DNA of 64,000 nt from a virus (lineage: Duplodnaviria > Caudoviricetes), in the IMG/VR virus record IMGVR_UViG_3300048796_000029, positions 8,326-72,325 of that record; one strand, written 5' to 3'. The stretch's first letter is position 1. The number at the start of each line of letters is the position of its first letter. The notes beneath the pieces are model-generated. The model saw only the letters and a list, made by a program, of their open reading frames with translations. It was not told where the DNA came from and made no database searches. This document shows positions 1-7,326 of this stretch, in pieces. The position numbers and the translations under genes were made by a program.

Positions 1-284
1 CAGAAGATACTAAGGCTAGGATGAGAGCAGCCGCTGTAGGTAAACCTAAATCTGAGGAGCATAAAGCTAAACTCAGGAAGCCTAAATCTGATGAAGCTAA
101 AGCAGCTATGAAAGCCGCTTGGACCCTTGAGCGAAAGGCAAAGGGAACTTCATTTTCAAAAGGAAGGGTAATAACGGAGGCTATACGAGAAAAAATACGT
201 CAAGCAAATATAGCCTATCAAGTAAGAAAAAGACAGGAGGCTGAATGCAGATTGAATCCGATGGCATTGCCAGCGGCAGCCTAA
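1..284 (+). CDS. C-terminal part of a homing endonuclease with NUMOD3-like DNA-binding repeats (5' truncated by window edge)
   Basis: Frame is open from position 3: EDTKARMRAAAVGKPKSEEHKAKLRKPKSDEAKAAMKAAW resembles repeated NUMOD3 (SEEHKAK-type) motifs; low GC; overlaps the portal start. Confidence 0.6.
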   Translation, partial: EDTKARMRAAAVGKPKSEEHKAKLRKPKSDEAKAAMKAAWTLERKAKGTSFSKGRVITEAIREKIRQANIAYQVRKRQEAECRLNPMALPAAA

Positions 285-420
285 AACCTGCTGATTACGG
301 AAAAGGTGGTGATCTAACCAGCAGTAATGCCGAGTTGACGCTTGTTGTAGGAGCAGCAAAGCAAGCTGAAGAATGGATCGCTAACAAACAGTGGGCGCTC
401 TTGTGGCGTGATGCAGACCT
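245..420 (+). CDS. Portal protein, exon 1
   Basis: AGGAGG RBS just upstream of ATG 245; reads ...QWALLWRDAD-CT and joins in frame to 647 to give WRDADLLYQSPRP. Confidence 0.8.
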
Positions 421-646
421 CAACATGGGGGTCACTTGCTAGTGATAGCAAGCTGAGAACTTTCTCTGATTGACTTGGAAGCTGAAATGGCTAACAGGGG
501 GCAAGCTGATAACTTCAGCAGCCTGAACGACTAAGTGAGAGAGCATCTGGAAACAGATGATGCGATAGTCTGACCTGCATGGAATAACAACATGCAGAGG
601 TAAGCAGAAATGACTTGCCTCGGCGTAAATCGCCGATAACAAAGTG
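421..646 (+). mobile_element. Group I intron 1 (ORF-less, 226 nt) in portal gene
   Basis: P1: exon GACCU (416-420) pairs with GGGUC (429-433) with U.G at the junction; P7 strands GACUA and (GCGA)UAGUC; ends in G646; removal restores the frame. Confidence 0.85.
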
Positions 647-704
647 CCTGTATCAGTCACCGCGTCCAATGACAGTGTACGAGAACACGTATGTACTGGA
701 ACCT
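647..704 (+). CDS. Portal protein, exon 2 (58-nt micro-exon)
   Basis: Encodes (L)LYQSPRPMTVYENTYVLEP, in frame with exon 1 and exon 3. Confidence 0.8.
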
Positions 705-939
705 AAACTACTCATTACAAATGAGTTATTGGGTCACTCTGTAGTGATGCAGATGTGAGAATTTTCTCTGATTGACTTGGAAGCTGAAATGGCTAACAGG
801 GGGCAAGCGAAAGCAGCCTGAACGACTAAGTGAGAAAACATCTGGAAACAGATGATGCGATAGTCTGACCTGCATGGAATAACAACATGCAGAGGTAAGC
901 AGAAATGACTTGCCTCGGCGAAAGCCGATAACAACGGTG
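705..939 (+). mobile_element. Group I intron 2 (ORF-less, 235 nt) in portal gene
   Basis: P1: ACCU (701-704) with GGGU (731-734), U.G at the junction; same core as intron 1; ends in G939; splicing gives VLEP|NVQRFTVAK. Confidence 0.85.
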
Positions 940-2811
940 AATGTCCAGAGATTTACGGTCGCTAAAGTTTGTAACGCGGTAGTTCCTCAACTGTATAAAG
1001 GGCTTTTCTATGCCGACCCTCCTATGCTGCTGCGCCCGCGCCCCGGAACCACCCAAGATGTTGTGGACGGCAAATCCGCACTGTTCTCTTACCTACTCGA
1101 CGAATGCCGCTTCAAGACGGAGACGAAGTGGGGACTCGAACAGATGGCTTGCCTCGGCACTGGCATCTGGAAATGGGGCATCGTCTACAAGAAAGTTGTG
1201 ACGACCAAGCGCCAAGCCACGGTTACCAACGTGACGACCGGGCCGGACGGCGCACCAACGAATACCGTACTGCCTACAGACGACCTACCGAAGATCACGA
1301 CAACAGAGCGCGTTGTACCCCGCCCGTTCTTTGAGTCGCGGCCACTGAGCCACGTCCTCGTCGATCCTAAGTGCCCGGTTGGAGACATCCGACAGGCCGA
1401 CTTCGTAGCAGACGTTCGCTACCTGAATTTTTACGAACTGGACACGATCCGCGAAGCTCTCTCAGAGCTACCGGACGATCACCCAGACAAGAAGGGCTGG
1501 AATCTTCCGAAGTCTTCGGAGGAGTTGAAGCAGTGGTGGATGCCACCTACTGACAGCGGCCCGCAGTTGCTTTCGAGTGAAGGTGCAACCTACATCGACG
1601 GTGCTGTGTATCATGCGCAGAAAGTTAGCATCGAGGTAACCCCGGACGTACTCTTCGCAAAGAAAGAGGTTCTGGAATACTGGGATCGCAAGCGCAAGAT
1701 CATGGTCATCGACCGTGCCAAGGTAATCTTCTCTGGCGACAATCCATTCGGCGTCATCCCGTTCCTTTCAGCGAACTGGTGGAATAGACCGAAGGCGTTC
1801 TACGGCATGGGACTCGGCCTCATCGTCGGACAGAACCAACGTGTCGATCAGGGAACGATCAACGCCATCCTCAAGATTTTGTCTTTCGGCGTCAACCCGA
1901 TCTACCTGCGCAAGAGGGACACCAATAACCCCACGCAGATGATTCGGACTGGCCTCGGAAAGATTCTCAGCGTTGACGGAGAAGTCGAAAAGGCTTACAA
2001 GCTCATGGACACCCCCAAGGTGCCCGGCGATATCTGGTCGGCGTTGAAAGAGTCCGAGACAGCAACCGAAAGCGCGTCAGGCGCAGACCAAGCTCTTGTG
2101 CAAGGTTCAAGCGCAGGGCCGCGTAGCTCTATGGGGCGCACGGCTGGCGGAGCAAGTCTGCTGGCAGGAGCGAGCGCTACCCGACTCGATGGCCCGCTCG
2201 ACAACTTCATCGAACAGGTGTTCAAGCCGTTCTTGTACATCCTCGACGATCTAATCATGCGGTACCTGTCCGACGCTGAGATCAGTGCAATCCTCGGCGA
2301 CGAGATGAGCAAGGATTACGAACTCGACCTAGACGCCTTCCACAAGGCCCGTATCGAGTACGAAGTCTTGGCTGGATCAAGCCTCGCCGCGAAGCGGACG
2401 ATGGCGCAGTCGTTGACCCTCATCACCCAGATTTTCGAGAACCCCGCCATTCAGCAGAACCTCGCTGAGATCAACGGCGAGTACATCGACTTCAAGCCCA
2501 TCGTTTCGATGTGGATGGAAGCCTCTGAGTGGAAGAACAAAAACGACATCATCAAGCCACTCACCCCTGAGATGAAGGCCAAGCAGCAGGCTCAGTCGCA
2601 GCAGGCGCAAGCGCAATCGAAGGCAGCAGTAACTCAGCAATCCAACCAGCAGAAGTTTCAGCAGAAGTCCCAGCTTGAAGATCAGGCAACTGATAACCGT
2701 ATCCGGCGCGACATCGTACGCGAGGCGTTCCGAGACAACGGTATGAGCGAGGCAACTGAGGGCACTCCCGCAAGCGGTGGACTTGAAGGAATGCAGCCTA
2801 GCGTCCAGTAA
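940..2811 (+). CDS. Portal protein (P22-like head-tail connector), exon 3
   Basis: Long ORF with PFxxxxWxxxPxxFYGMGLG and a Q-rich C-terminal barrel typical of P22-type portals; sits before scaffold and capsid. Confidence 0.8.
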   Translation, partial: NVQRFTVAKVCNAVVPQLYKGLFYADPPMLLRPRPGTTQDVVDGKSALFSYLLDECRFKTETKWGLEQMACLGTGIWKWGIVYKKVVTTKRQATVTNVTTGPDGAPTNTVLPTDDLPKITTTERVVPRPFFESRPLSHVLVDPKCPVGDIRQADFVADVRYLNFYELDTIREALSELPDDHPDKKGWNLPKSSEELKQWWMPPTDSGPQLLSSEGATYIDGAVYHAQKVSIEVTPDVLFAKKEVLEYWDRKRKIMVIDRAKVIFSGDNPFGVIPFLSANWWNRPKAFYGMGLGLIVGQNQRVDQGTINAILKILSFGVNPIYLRKRDTNNPTQMIRTGLGKILSVDGEVEKAYKLMDTPKVPGDIWSALKESETATESASGADQALVQGSSAGPRSSMGRTAGGASLLAGASATRLDGPLDNFIEQVFKPFLYILDDLIMRYLSDAEISAILGDEMSKDYELDLDAFHKARIEYEVLAGSSLAAKRTMAQSLTLITQIFENPAIQQNLAEINGEYIDFKPIVSMWMEASEWKNKNDIIKPLTPEMKAKQQAQSQQAQAQSKAAVTQQSNQQKFQQKSQLEDQATDNRIRRDIVREAFRDNGMSEATEGTPASGGLEGMQPSVQ

Positions 2812-2874
2812 AGAACTGCCCGGTTTGGATGGGGTTCCGGCTTATCAAAAATCCCCATATGCTTAGGAGAGAGC

Positions 2875-3270
2875 ATGGCCTTTGAACCAGTAATTGAACT
2901 GACCGACTTCGAGCGCGGAGAGTTAGCGCAAACATGCGCAACGCCCGGCTTCAAGATTATCCACAAAATCTTGCGGAGTGAAGTAGACAAGTTCGTGGTA
3001 GCACACATGAACACTCCTGTGGAGGATGAGAAGCTGGCCTATGCCCGCTTCGTGCAGTCAAAGACGGCAGCCCAGATTTATCAAGGCATGGCCGACCGCA
3101 TCAACTTAGAGTTGACCGTAGCGGTAGCGCGAAGTAAGGAAGGGCAGACGGAAACTGTAGGCGATTCGACAGAGGGTCTACTTGACCTCGGAGAGATCGC
3201 ATCGAGCGATGTACCAAACCTTCTCGGCGAGTACCGAGAGGATGACGCGCTGGAGGGCGCACATAAATGA
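2875..3270 (+). CDS. Hypothetical protein (head module)
   Basis: 131-aa ORF with GGAG RBS between portal and scaffold. Confidence 0.6.
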   Translation: MAFEPVIELTDFERGELAQTCATPGFKIIHKILRSEVDKFVVAHMNTPVEDEKLAYARFVQSKTAAQIYQGMADRINLELTVAVARSKEGQTETVGDSTEGLLDLGEIASSDVPNLLGEYREDDALEGAHK

Positions 3271-4361
3271 CCATAGAAATTGAACAGCGTTCCCCGGAGG
3301 AAATTGCTTTACTCGCACAGGCAGGGCTTCAGCCTGACGGAGTTACTCCTCTTGAATCGGTGTCAGATACAGTGCCAAGCGTAGAAGCAATTCCTGCCAT
3401 CGAACAGGCTCTAGAACCTGTAGTTTTGGAATATCGCTATCAGCCCAAAGATGAAGCTGGCCGCCCTATGGGTGGACAGCAAGTTATCAAGTACACGACC
3501 CACGAAGAGCTTGCAGACAAGCTCCGCGACAACAGCATTCTGCTTCTGCGAAAGCTCCGTTTGGAGACGCGCAACAATCGCCTAGGCATCACGAATGACG
3601 AGGAGATCGCCGACACAGCACCGCGCTACACGCCCGCCGTGGAGTTCAAGCCGCGTGATCTGACGCAGGAGCAACGTGCAAAGCTGTCCCGTGATCTTCT
3701 CGATCCCGACACCTTCGACCAAGCAGCAGACGAGTTGCTCGAAGCCCGCATCGGCGCAAAGCCGACAGTGCTTGCGAACACCGTCAATCAGCTTCAGCAG
3801 GAGAGCTATCGCCAGAAGGCGTTTGCCGAATCCGAAGCGTTCATGAACTCTAACCCGGACTTCTATCGGTGCGAAGAGAACGGCATGGCTATCACTAGCT
3901 GGTTGGTGCGCTACAAACTAGCCCCTGTGCGCGAGAATTTCCAGAAGGCTTATGCAACCCTGAAAGCCGCTGGAGTCCTCATTGAAGCCGCCGCTCCGCC
4001 GCCGCCCGCGCCCGAGGTAGTCATTCCTCCTCCAGCGCCCGTAGTGGTACCGCCCCCGCCGCCAGCGCCCGAACCTGTAGTTGAGACGCCGCCAGCGCCG
4101 CCCGCCCCGACACCCCGTGCCGGAATCGGAAGCGGTCTGACCCGCGACAACGCATCAGCACCGGGAGTCATCCCAGCGCGTCCCGCAGGCGATGACATCG
4201 TGTACGAGGAAGCCCTACCGGGCGGCCAAGTACGCCGATGGACGGGCCTACAGGCAATCGACCGGATGCCGTCTGAGATTTACAAGCACCGCCTCAAGAC
4301 GGAGCGTGACTTCGCAGGCAAGGTGGACAAGCTCGAAGCCGGACGCGGAAAGAAGAAGTAA
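3267..4361 (+). CDS. Putative capsid scaffolding protein
   Basis: Acidic helical protein with Pro-rich linker (PPPPAPEVVIPPPAP) and basic C-terminus, directly upstream of the capsid gene. Confidence 0.55.
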   Translation: MTIEIEQRSPEEIALLAQAGLQPDGVTPLESVSDTVPSVEAIPAIEQALEPVVLEYRYQPKDEAGRPMGGQQVIKYTTHEELADKLRDNSILLLRKLRLETRNNRLGITNDEEIADTAPRYTPAVEFKPRDLTQEQRAKLSRDLLDPDTFDQAADELLEARIGAKPTVLANTVNQLQQESYRQKAFAESEAFMNSNPDFYRCEENGMAITSWLVRYKLAPVRENFQKAYATLKAAGVLIEAAAPPPPAPEVVIPPPAPVVVPPPPPAPEPVVETPPAPPAPTPRAGIGSGLTRDNASAPGVIPARPAGDDIVYEEALPGGQVRRWTGLQAIDRMPSEIYKHRLKTERDFAGKVDKLEAGRGKKK

Positions 4362-4498
4362 TGGAAATTTCTTGCAGCAAATGCAAGCGTACTTTCGGCG
4401 TTGAGCCGGACGATGTGCATGGCCGCGTGGTGAACAAGAAAGCCACCAGCGTTATGCAATGCCCGTGCGGGAACCATCTGTTCCCGGCAACGAAATAA
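4361..4498 (+). CDS. 45-aa zinc-finger-like microprotein
   Basis: TAATG stop/start overlap with the scaffold gene; MEISCSKCKRTF...MQCPCGNHLF has two Cys pairs. Confidence 0.55.
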   Translation: MEISCSKCKRTFGVEPDDVHGRVVNKKATSVMQCPCGNHLFPATK

Positions 4499-4503
4499 AA
4501 CTG

Positions 4504-4833
4504 CCCGGTGAAATTCCGGGTGCTACCCGTGTCTCGGGCCTAAACAGACATTCCGCTGGTCACGGCGATTCTCGTGCATTAGGCGGCCCTCCTATGCGGG
4601 GGCCGTCTACTATTTGAATTTGGAAGTTGGATCAAGACGGTGGATTACCGTGACTGATCCCCTAGTATGTGCTGAGGAAGTTTTCGATCTGAGACCCTGA
4701 TCGAACGACAGAAACCAACGGTCGGATTACCGTTGCGCGGAGTCGAGTGCCATAAAGGGCGATACGCAAGAGAGACGCTTCTGGAGGGAAGTCGGCAACC
4801 TCGTATCACGTTTCAGGAAGTAAAGGAATCACA
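4504..4833 (+). promoter_or_regulatory. Structured non-coding leader of the capsid gene
   Basis: About 330 nt with no credible ORF and many stems (e.g. GGATCA/TGATCC, TTCGATC/GATCGAA, GATACG/CGTATC) plus two GGAUU-loop hairpins. Confidence 0.5.
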
Positions 4834-4899
4834 ATGGCATACACTCCTGCTGGAAACGTCCAGTCAAACCTCCCTCAGTCCACCGTCAAGTTCTACGAT
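4834..4899 (+). CDS. Major capsid protein, exon 1
   Basis: AAGGA RBS; MAYTPAGNVQSNLPQSTVKFYD joins in frame to KKFRENLKAQTPF at 5126. Confidence 0.8.
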
Positions 4900-5125
4900 A
4901 AACGATAACCTTGTCGTAGTAAAACCTTCTCTGATTGACTTGGAAGCTGAAATGGCTAACAGGGCGCAAGCAATGCTTGACAAAAGCAACGCAGCGTGAG
5001 AGACTAAGTGAGAGGGCGTGAATTGATAACAATTCATGATGCGATAGTCCGAACATACGGGAATAACAACCGTATGAGATCAGCAGAAATGACCTGATCC
5101 GTGCTCTGAAGCACGTAACACATTG
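4900..5125 (+). mobile_element. Group I intron 3 (ORF-less, 226 nt) in capsid gene
   Basis: P1: UACGAU (4894-4899) with GUCGUA (4913-4918), U.G at the junction; shared core; P7 GACUA/UAGUC; ends in G5125. Confidence 0.85.
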
Positions 5126-5959
5126 AAGAAGTTTCGAGAGAACCTCAAGGCTCAAACACCTTTCATCGCCTGTTCCGAACGTCTCGATCTGCCCACCAAG
5201 AGTGGTAATCAGTACGAGATGTTCATGTACGTTCCGCTGGCTGCAAATCAGGCGCAGACCACGGAAGGTTCAGTGGGCAACAGTATCACCGTAAACGTTC
5301 TCCAGACCACCGCAACTATCGGAGAATACGCAGATTACGCCAACTTCTCCTCGCTGTCTCTGGCAACCGCCATCGACAACACTGTCGAGAATGTGGCCCG
5401 CGAAATGTCCTACCGTCTGGGCGAGAGCCTGAGCGGTCTGGTTCGCGCAACTGCGGACGGTGCAAACGCGGTTGACCCCAGCGTTCTCATCGCTCTCCCG
5501 GCAGCTTCGACTTCCAGCTTCACGACTCTCAGCCTGACCGAGATTCGTAACGCTGTCCAGTCCCTCGCTGGTCGTTCTGTGCGTCCGTACGACGAAGCAT
5601 CCAAGGCATTCTGCGGTGTAATCCACCCGTTTGCTCTGGGCGACGTTCTTGCGGATACCGCGAACAACGCACCAATCGACATCCTCAAGCACACTCCGGT
5701 GGGCCTTGCCAAGATGGAAGACCTCCTGAGCACCGACTTGACCGAGATGATCGAACTGCCTAGCTCTGGAGTTCACTTCTTCCAGACGAATCAGGTCACC
5801 ACGACCACGAACTACAAGGGCGTGGCTGGTCTGACGGCACTCCGTACCTACATCTTCGGGCGTGATGGCATCTACAGCATCAAGCTCGGCGCTCAGGGCG
5901 ACACGGAGTTCGGTGACGGCGAGTGGCAGAACATCAACTGCAACATCGTTCAGAACGCT
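5126..5959 (+). CDS. Major capsid protein (N4-gp56-like / HK97 fold), exon 2
   Basis: Contains LPxxSGxxxxMFxYxPL, TATIGEYADY and GVIHP motifs typical of N4-gp56-family capsids. Confidence 0.8.
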
Positions 5960-6010
5960 ATACAGTAGGTTTGGCGTTCTTTTGAAGTTGTGTGGTAACC
6001 GTCCTAAATG
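5960..6010 (+). mobile_element. 51-nt core-less mini-intron (group I-type P1, P10 and terminal G only) in capsid gene
   Basis: Three in-frame stops (5966, 5996, 6005); GAACGCU (5953-5959) pairs with GGCGUUC (5973-5979) with U.G at the junction; AGGUUU (5967-5972) pairs with 3' exon GAACCU (6011-6016); ends in G6010; removal gives IVQNA|EPTVADPEG. Confidence 0.7.
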
Positions 6011-6091
6011 GAACCTACGGTTGCCGATCCCGAGGGGCTGATCCCCGGTTGGACTTCTTACAGAGTCCACTTCACAACTTCGCTCGGCCCT
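6011..6091 (+). CDS. Major capsid protein, exon 3 (81 nt)
   Basis: EPTVADPEGLIPGWTSYRVHFTTSLGP; matches the expected DPxxxxGxxxxK/R-type capsid C-terminal segment. Confidence 0.75.
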
Positions 6092-6318
6092 AAATGCTAA
6101 GTATTGGGGCGAGTAATAAACCTTCTCTGATTGACTTGGAAGCTGAAATGGCTAACAGGGGGCAAGCGCGGATGAAAATCCAAGCAGCCTGAGAGACTAA
6201 GTGAGAGGGAACCTGATAAGCACAGGTTATGCGATAGTCCGATCTTGCAGGAATAAAAACTGCAAGAGGTAGGCAGAAATGTCCTACCTCAGTGACGTAA
6301 GTTACTGATAACAATTTG
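6092..6318 (+). mobile_element. Group I intron 4 (ORF-less, 227 nt) in capsid gene
   Basis: P1: GCCCU (6087-6091) with GGGGC (6106-6110); P10: GUAUU (6101-6105) with GAUAC (6319-6323); shared core; ends in G6318. Confidence 0.85.
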
Positions 6319-6369
6319 GATACGACCATCAGAATCCGCGAAATCGACGCCGCAAGCGCGATCAGCTAA
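6319..6369 (+). CDS. Major capsid protein, exon 4
   Basis: DTTIRIREIDAASAIS-stop, in frame after splicing. Confidence 0.75.
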   Translation, partial: DTTIRIREIDAASAIS

Positions 6370-6385
6370 TTGTTCACAACAGGTC

Positions 6386-6414
6386 TTGACAAAACACTCA
6401 TTGTTTGGTACAAT
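6386..6414 (+). promoter_or_regulatory. Sigma70-type promoter for the HNH gene
   Basis: TTGACA-17 nt-TACAAT; ATG at 6421 lies 7 nt downstream of the -10 box. Confidence 0.7.
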
Positions 6415-6420
6415 GTAATA

Positions 6421-6942
6421 ATGAGAAAACTAGACCTAGCAGGAAAACAATACGGAAGGCTGACACTTGTAAAAGTTGTCGGTGTGAATAAGGCAAAACA
6501 GAGAGTGTGGGAATGCGCTTGCGAGTGCGGTAAAACGCATATCGCGGCGCAAGGCCACCTCACAAAAGGTAAGGTCACCAGTTGTGGTTGCTTCCGAAAG
6601 GAACGCGCAACCACACATGGGATGACTCGCACCCCGGAATGGTTTGCTTACCAACACGCGAAGTCTCGGTGCCAACCGGGACATGAATGTCATGAGCATT
6701 ACTTTGATCGAGGTATAACTTTTGGGTTTACCTCCTTCATGGAGTTCTTTTCCGAGATAGGCTTACGCCCATCGAAGAAGCACTCCGTAGACCGTATCGA
6801 CAACGATAGGGGATACGAACGGGGTAATGTTCGCTGGGCTACAAAATCCCAGCAAGAGCGTAACCGTAGATGTGACAACTGCTGTGAACTAAAAAGCAGG
6901 ATAGCAGAGCTTGAGAAGCGCATTCTCGAACTGACTAAGTAG
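6421..6942 (+). CDS. Free-standing HNH homing endonuclease
   Basis: DLAGKQYGRLT..WECACECG N-terminus, RGI, and SVDRIDNDRGYERGNVRWAT HNH core. Confidence 0.85.
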   Translation: MRKLDLAGKQYGRLTLVKVVGVNKAKQRVWECACECGKTHIAAQGHLTKGKVTSCGCFRKERATTHGMTRTPEWFAYQHAKSRCQPGHECHEHYFDRGITFGFTSFMEFFSEIGLRPSKKHSVDRIDNDRGYERGNVRWATKSQQERNRRCDNCCELKSRIAELEKRILELTK

Positions 6943-6962
6943 TATCTACACCATAATCATGA

Positions 6963-6996
6963 GAGGGGCAGGCTTCGGCTTGTCCCTTTTTATTTT
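6963..6996 (+). terminator. Intrinsic terminator
   Basis: GGGGCAGGC-TTCG-GCTTGTCCC hairpin followed by a T-run. Confidence 0.75.
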
Positions 6997-7029
6997 GGTG
7001 TGTAGCTTCGTTTTTGAAAGGACGAACAC

Positions 7030-7296
7030 ATGAGTTTAGCAACCACAGTATTCAGCGGAGCGCCTACTAGCGCTGTGAATGCCTCGTCTCGTCAGGCCAA
7101 CCTCGGCCTCGATCAGGACAGCGGCACCCTGTACTACACAGGGCCAGCAACTACCGGATGGCAGAAAGTAGCCGCAGGCACAACCACGGGCTTCAGCGGG
7201 ACTATCGTTACCGCGCAGCTTACGCCTAGCACTGGCACGCAGGGTTCCATCACTGTTGTGAACGGTGTCATTACGGCAGTCGTAGCGGCTACCTAA
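7030..7296 (+). CDS. Small virion structural protein (hypothetical)
   Basis: 88-aa Thr/Gly/Ala-rich beta-type ORF ending VVNGVITAV. Confidence 0.55.
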   Translation: MSLATTVFSGAPTSAVNASSRQANLGLDQDSGTLYYTGPATTGWQKVAAGTTTGFSGTIVTAQLTPSTGTQGSITVVNGVITAVVAAT

Positions 7297-7326
7297 TAGG
7301 CAACGCTTCATAAGGAGATTTCAAAC

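Noticed and set aside
1-244. NUMOD3 endonuclease as an intron-encoded ORF
   Set aside because: No group I 3' core (P7 to terminal G) follows it before the portal start, so it appears free-standing; its 5' context is outside the window.
910-939. N-terminus MPRRKPITTV of the called portal ORF
   Set aside because: It lies inside intron 2; the real start is 245.
4733-4999. Called 88-aa ORF upstream of the capsid gene
   Set aside because: It runs through the leader, capsid exon 1 in another frame and intron 3; no RBS or recognisable motif.
4636-6003. Long-range pairing of mini-intron GGUAACCGUC with leader GACGG-UGGA-UUACC
   Set aside because: It needs a 4-nt bulge, and both segments have better local partners, so it is probably chance.
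5960-6010. T4 gene 60-style ribosomal bypass of the 51-nt gap
   Set aside because: The size is similar, but there is no matched take-off/landing codon pair (GCT or CAG before the stop; ATG or GAA at resumption). P1/P10 pairing and the terminal G explain both boundaries exactly. Not formally excluded.
5960-6010. Stop-codon reassignment or readthrough of the capsid insert
   Set aside because: It would need both TAG and TAA readthrough, and both codons terminate many genes in this window.
5953-6016. Bulge-helix-bulge (archaeal/tRNA-type) intron
   Set aside because: I could not draw a 4-bp helix flanked by two 3-nt bulges at the junctions.
5270-6070. Long antisense ORFs (also 7594-8502, 10914-11888, 25658-27082, 28068-29072)
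   Set aside because: They are shadows of GC-rich sense genes with no motifs or RBS.
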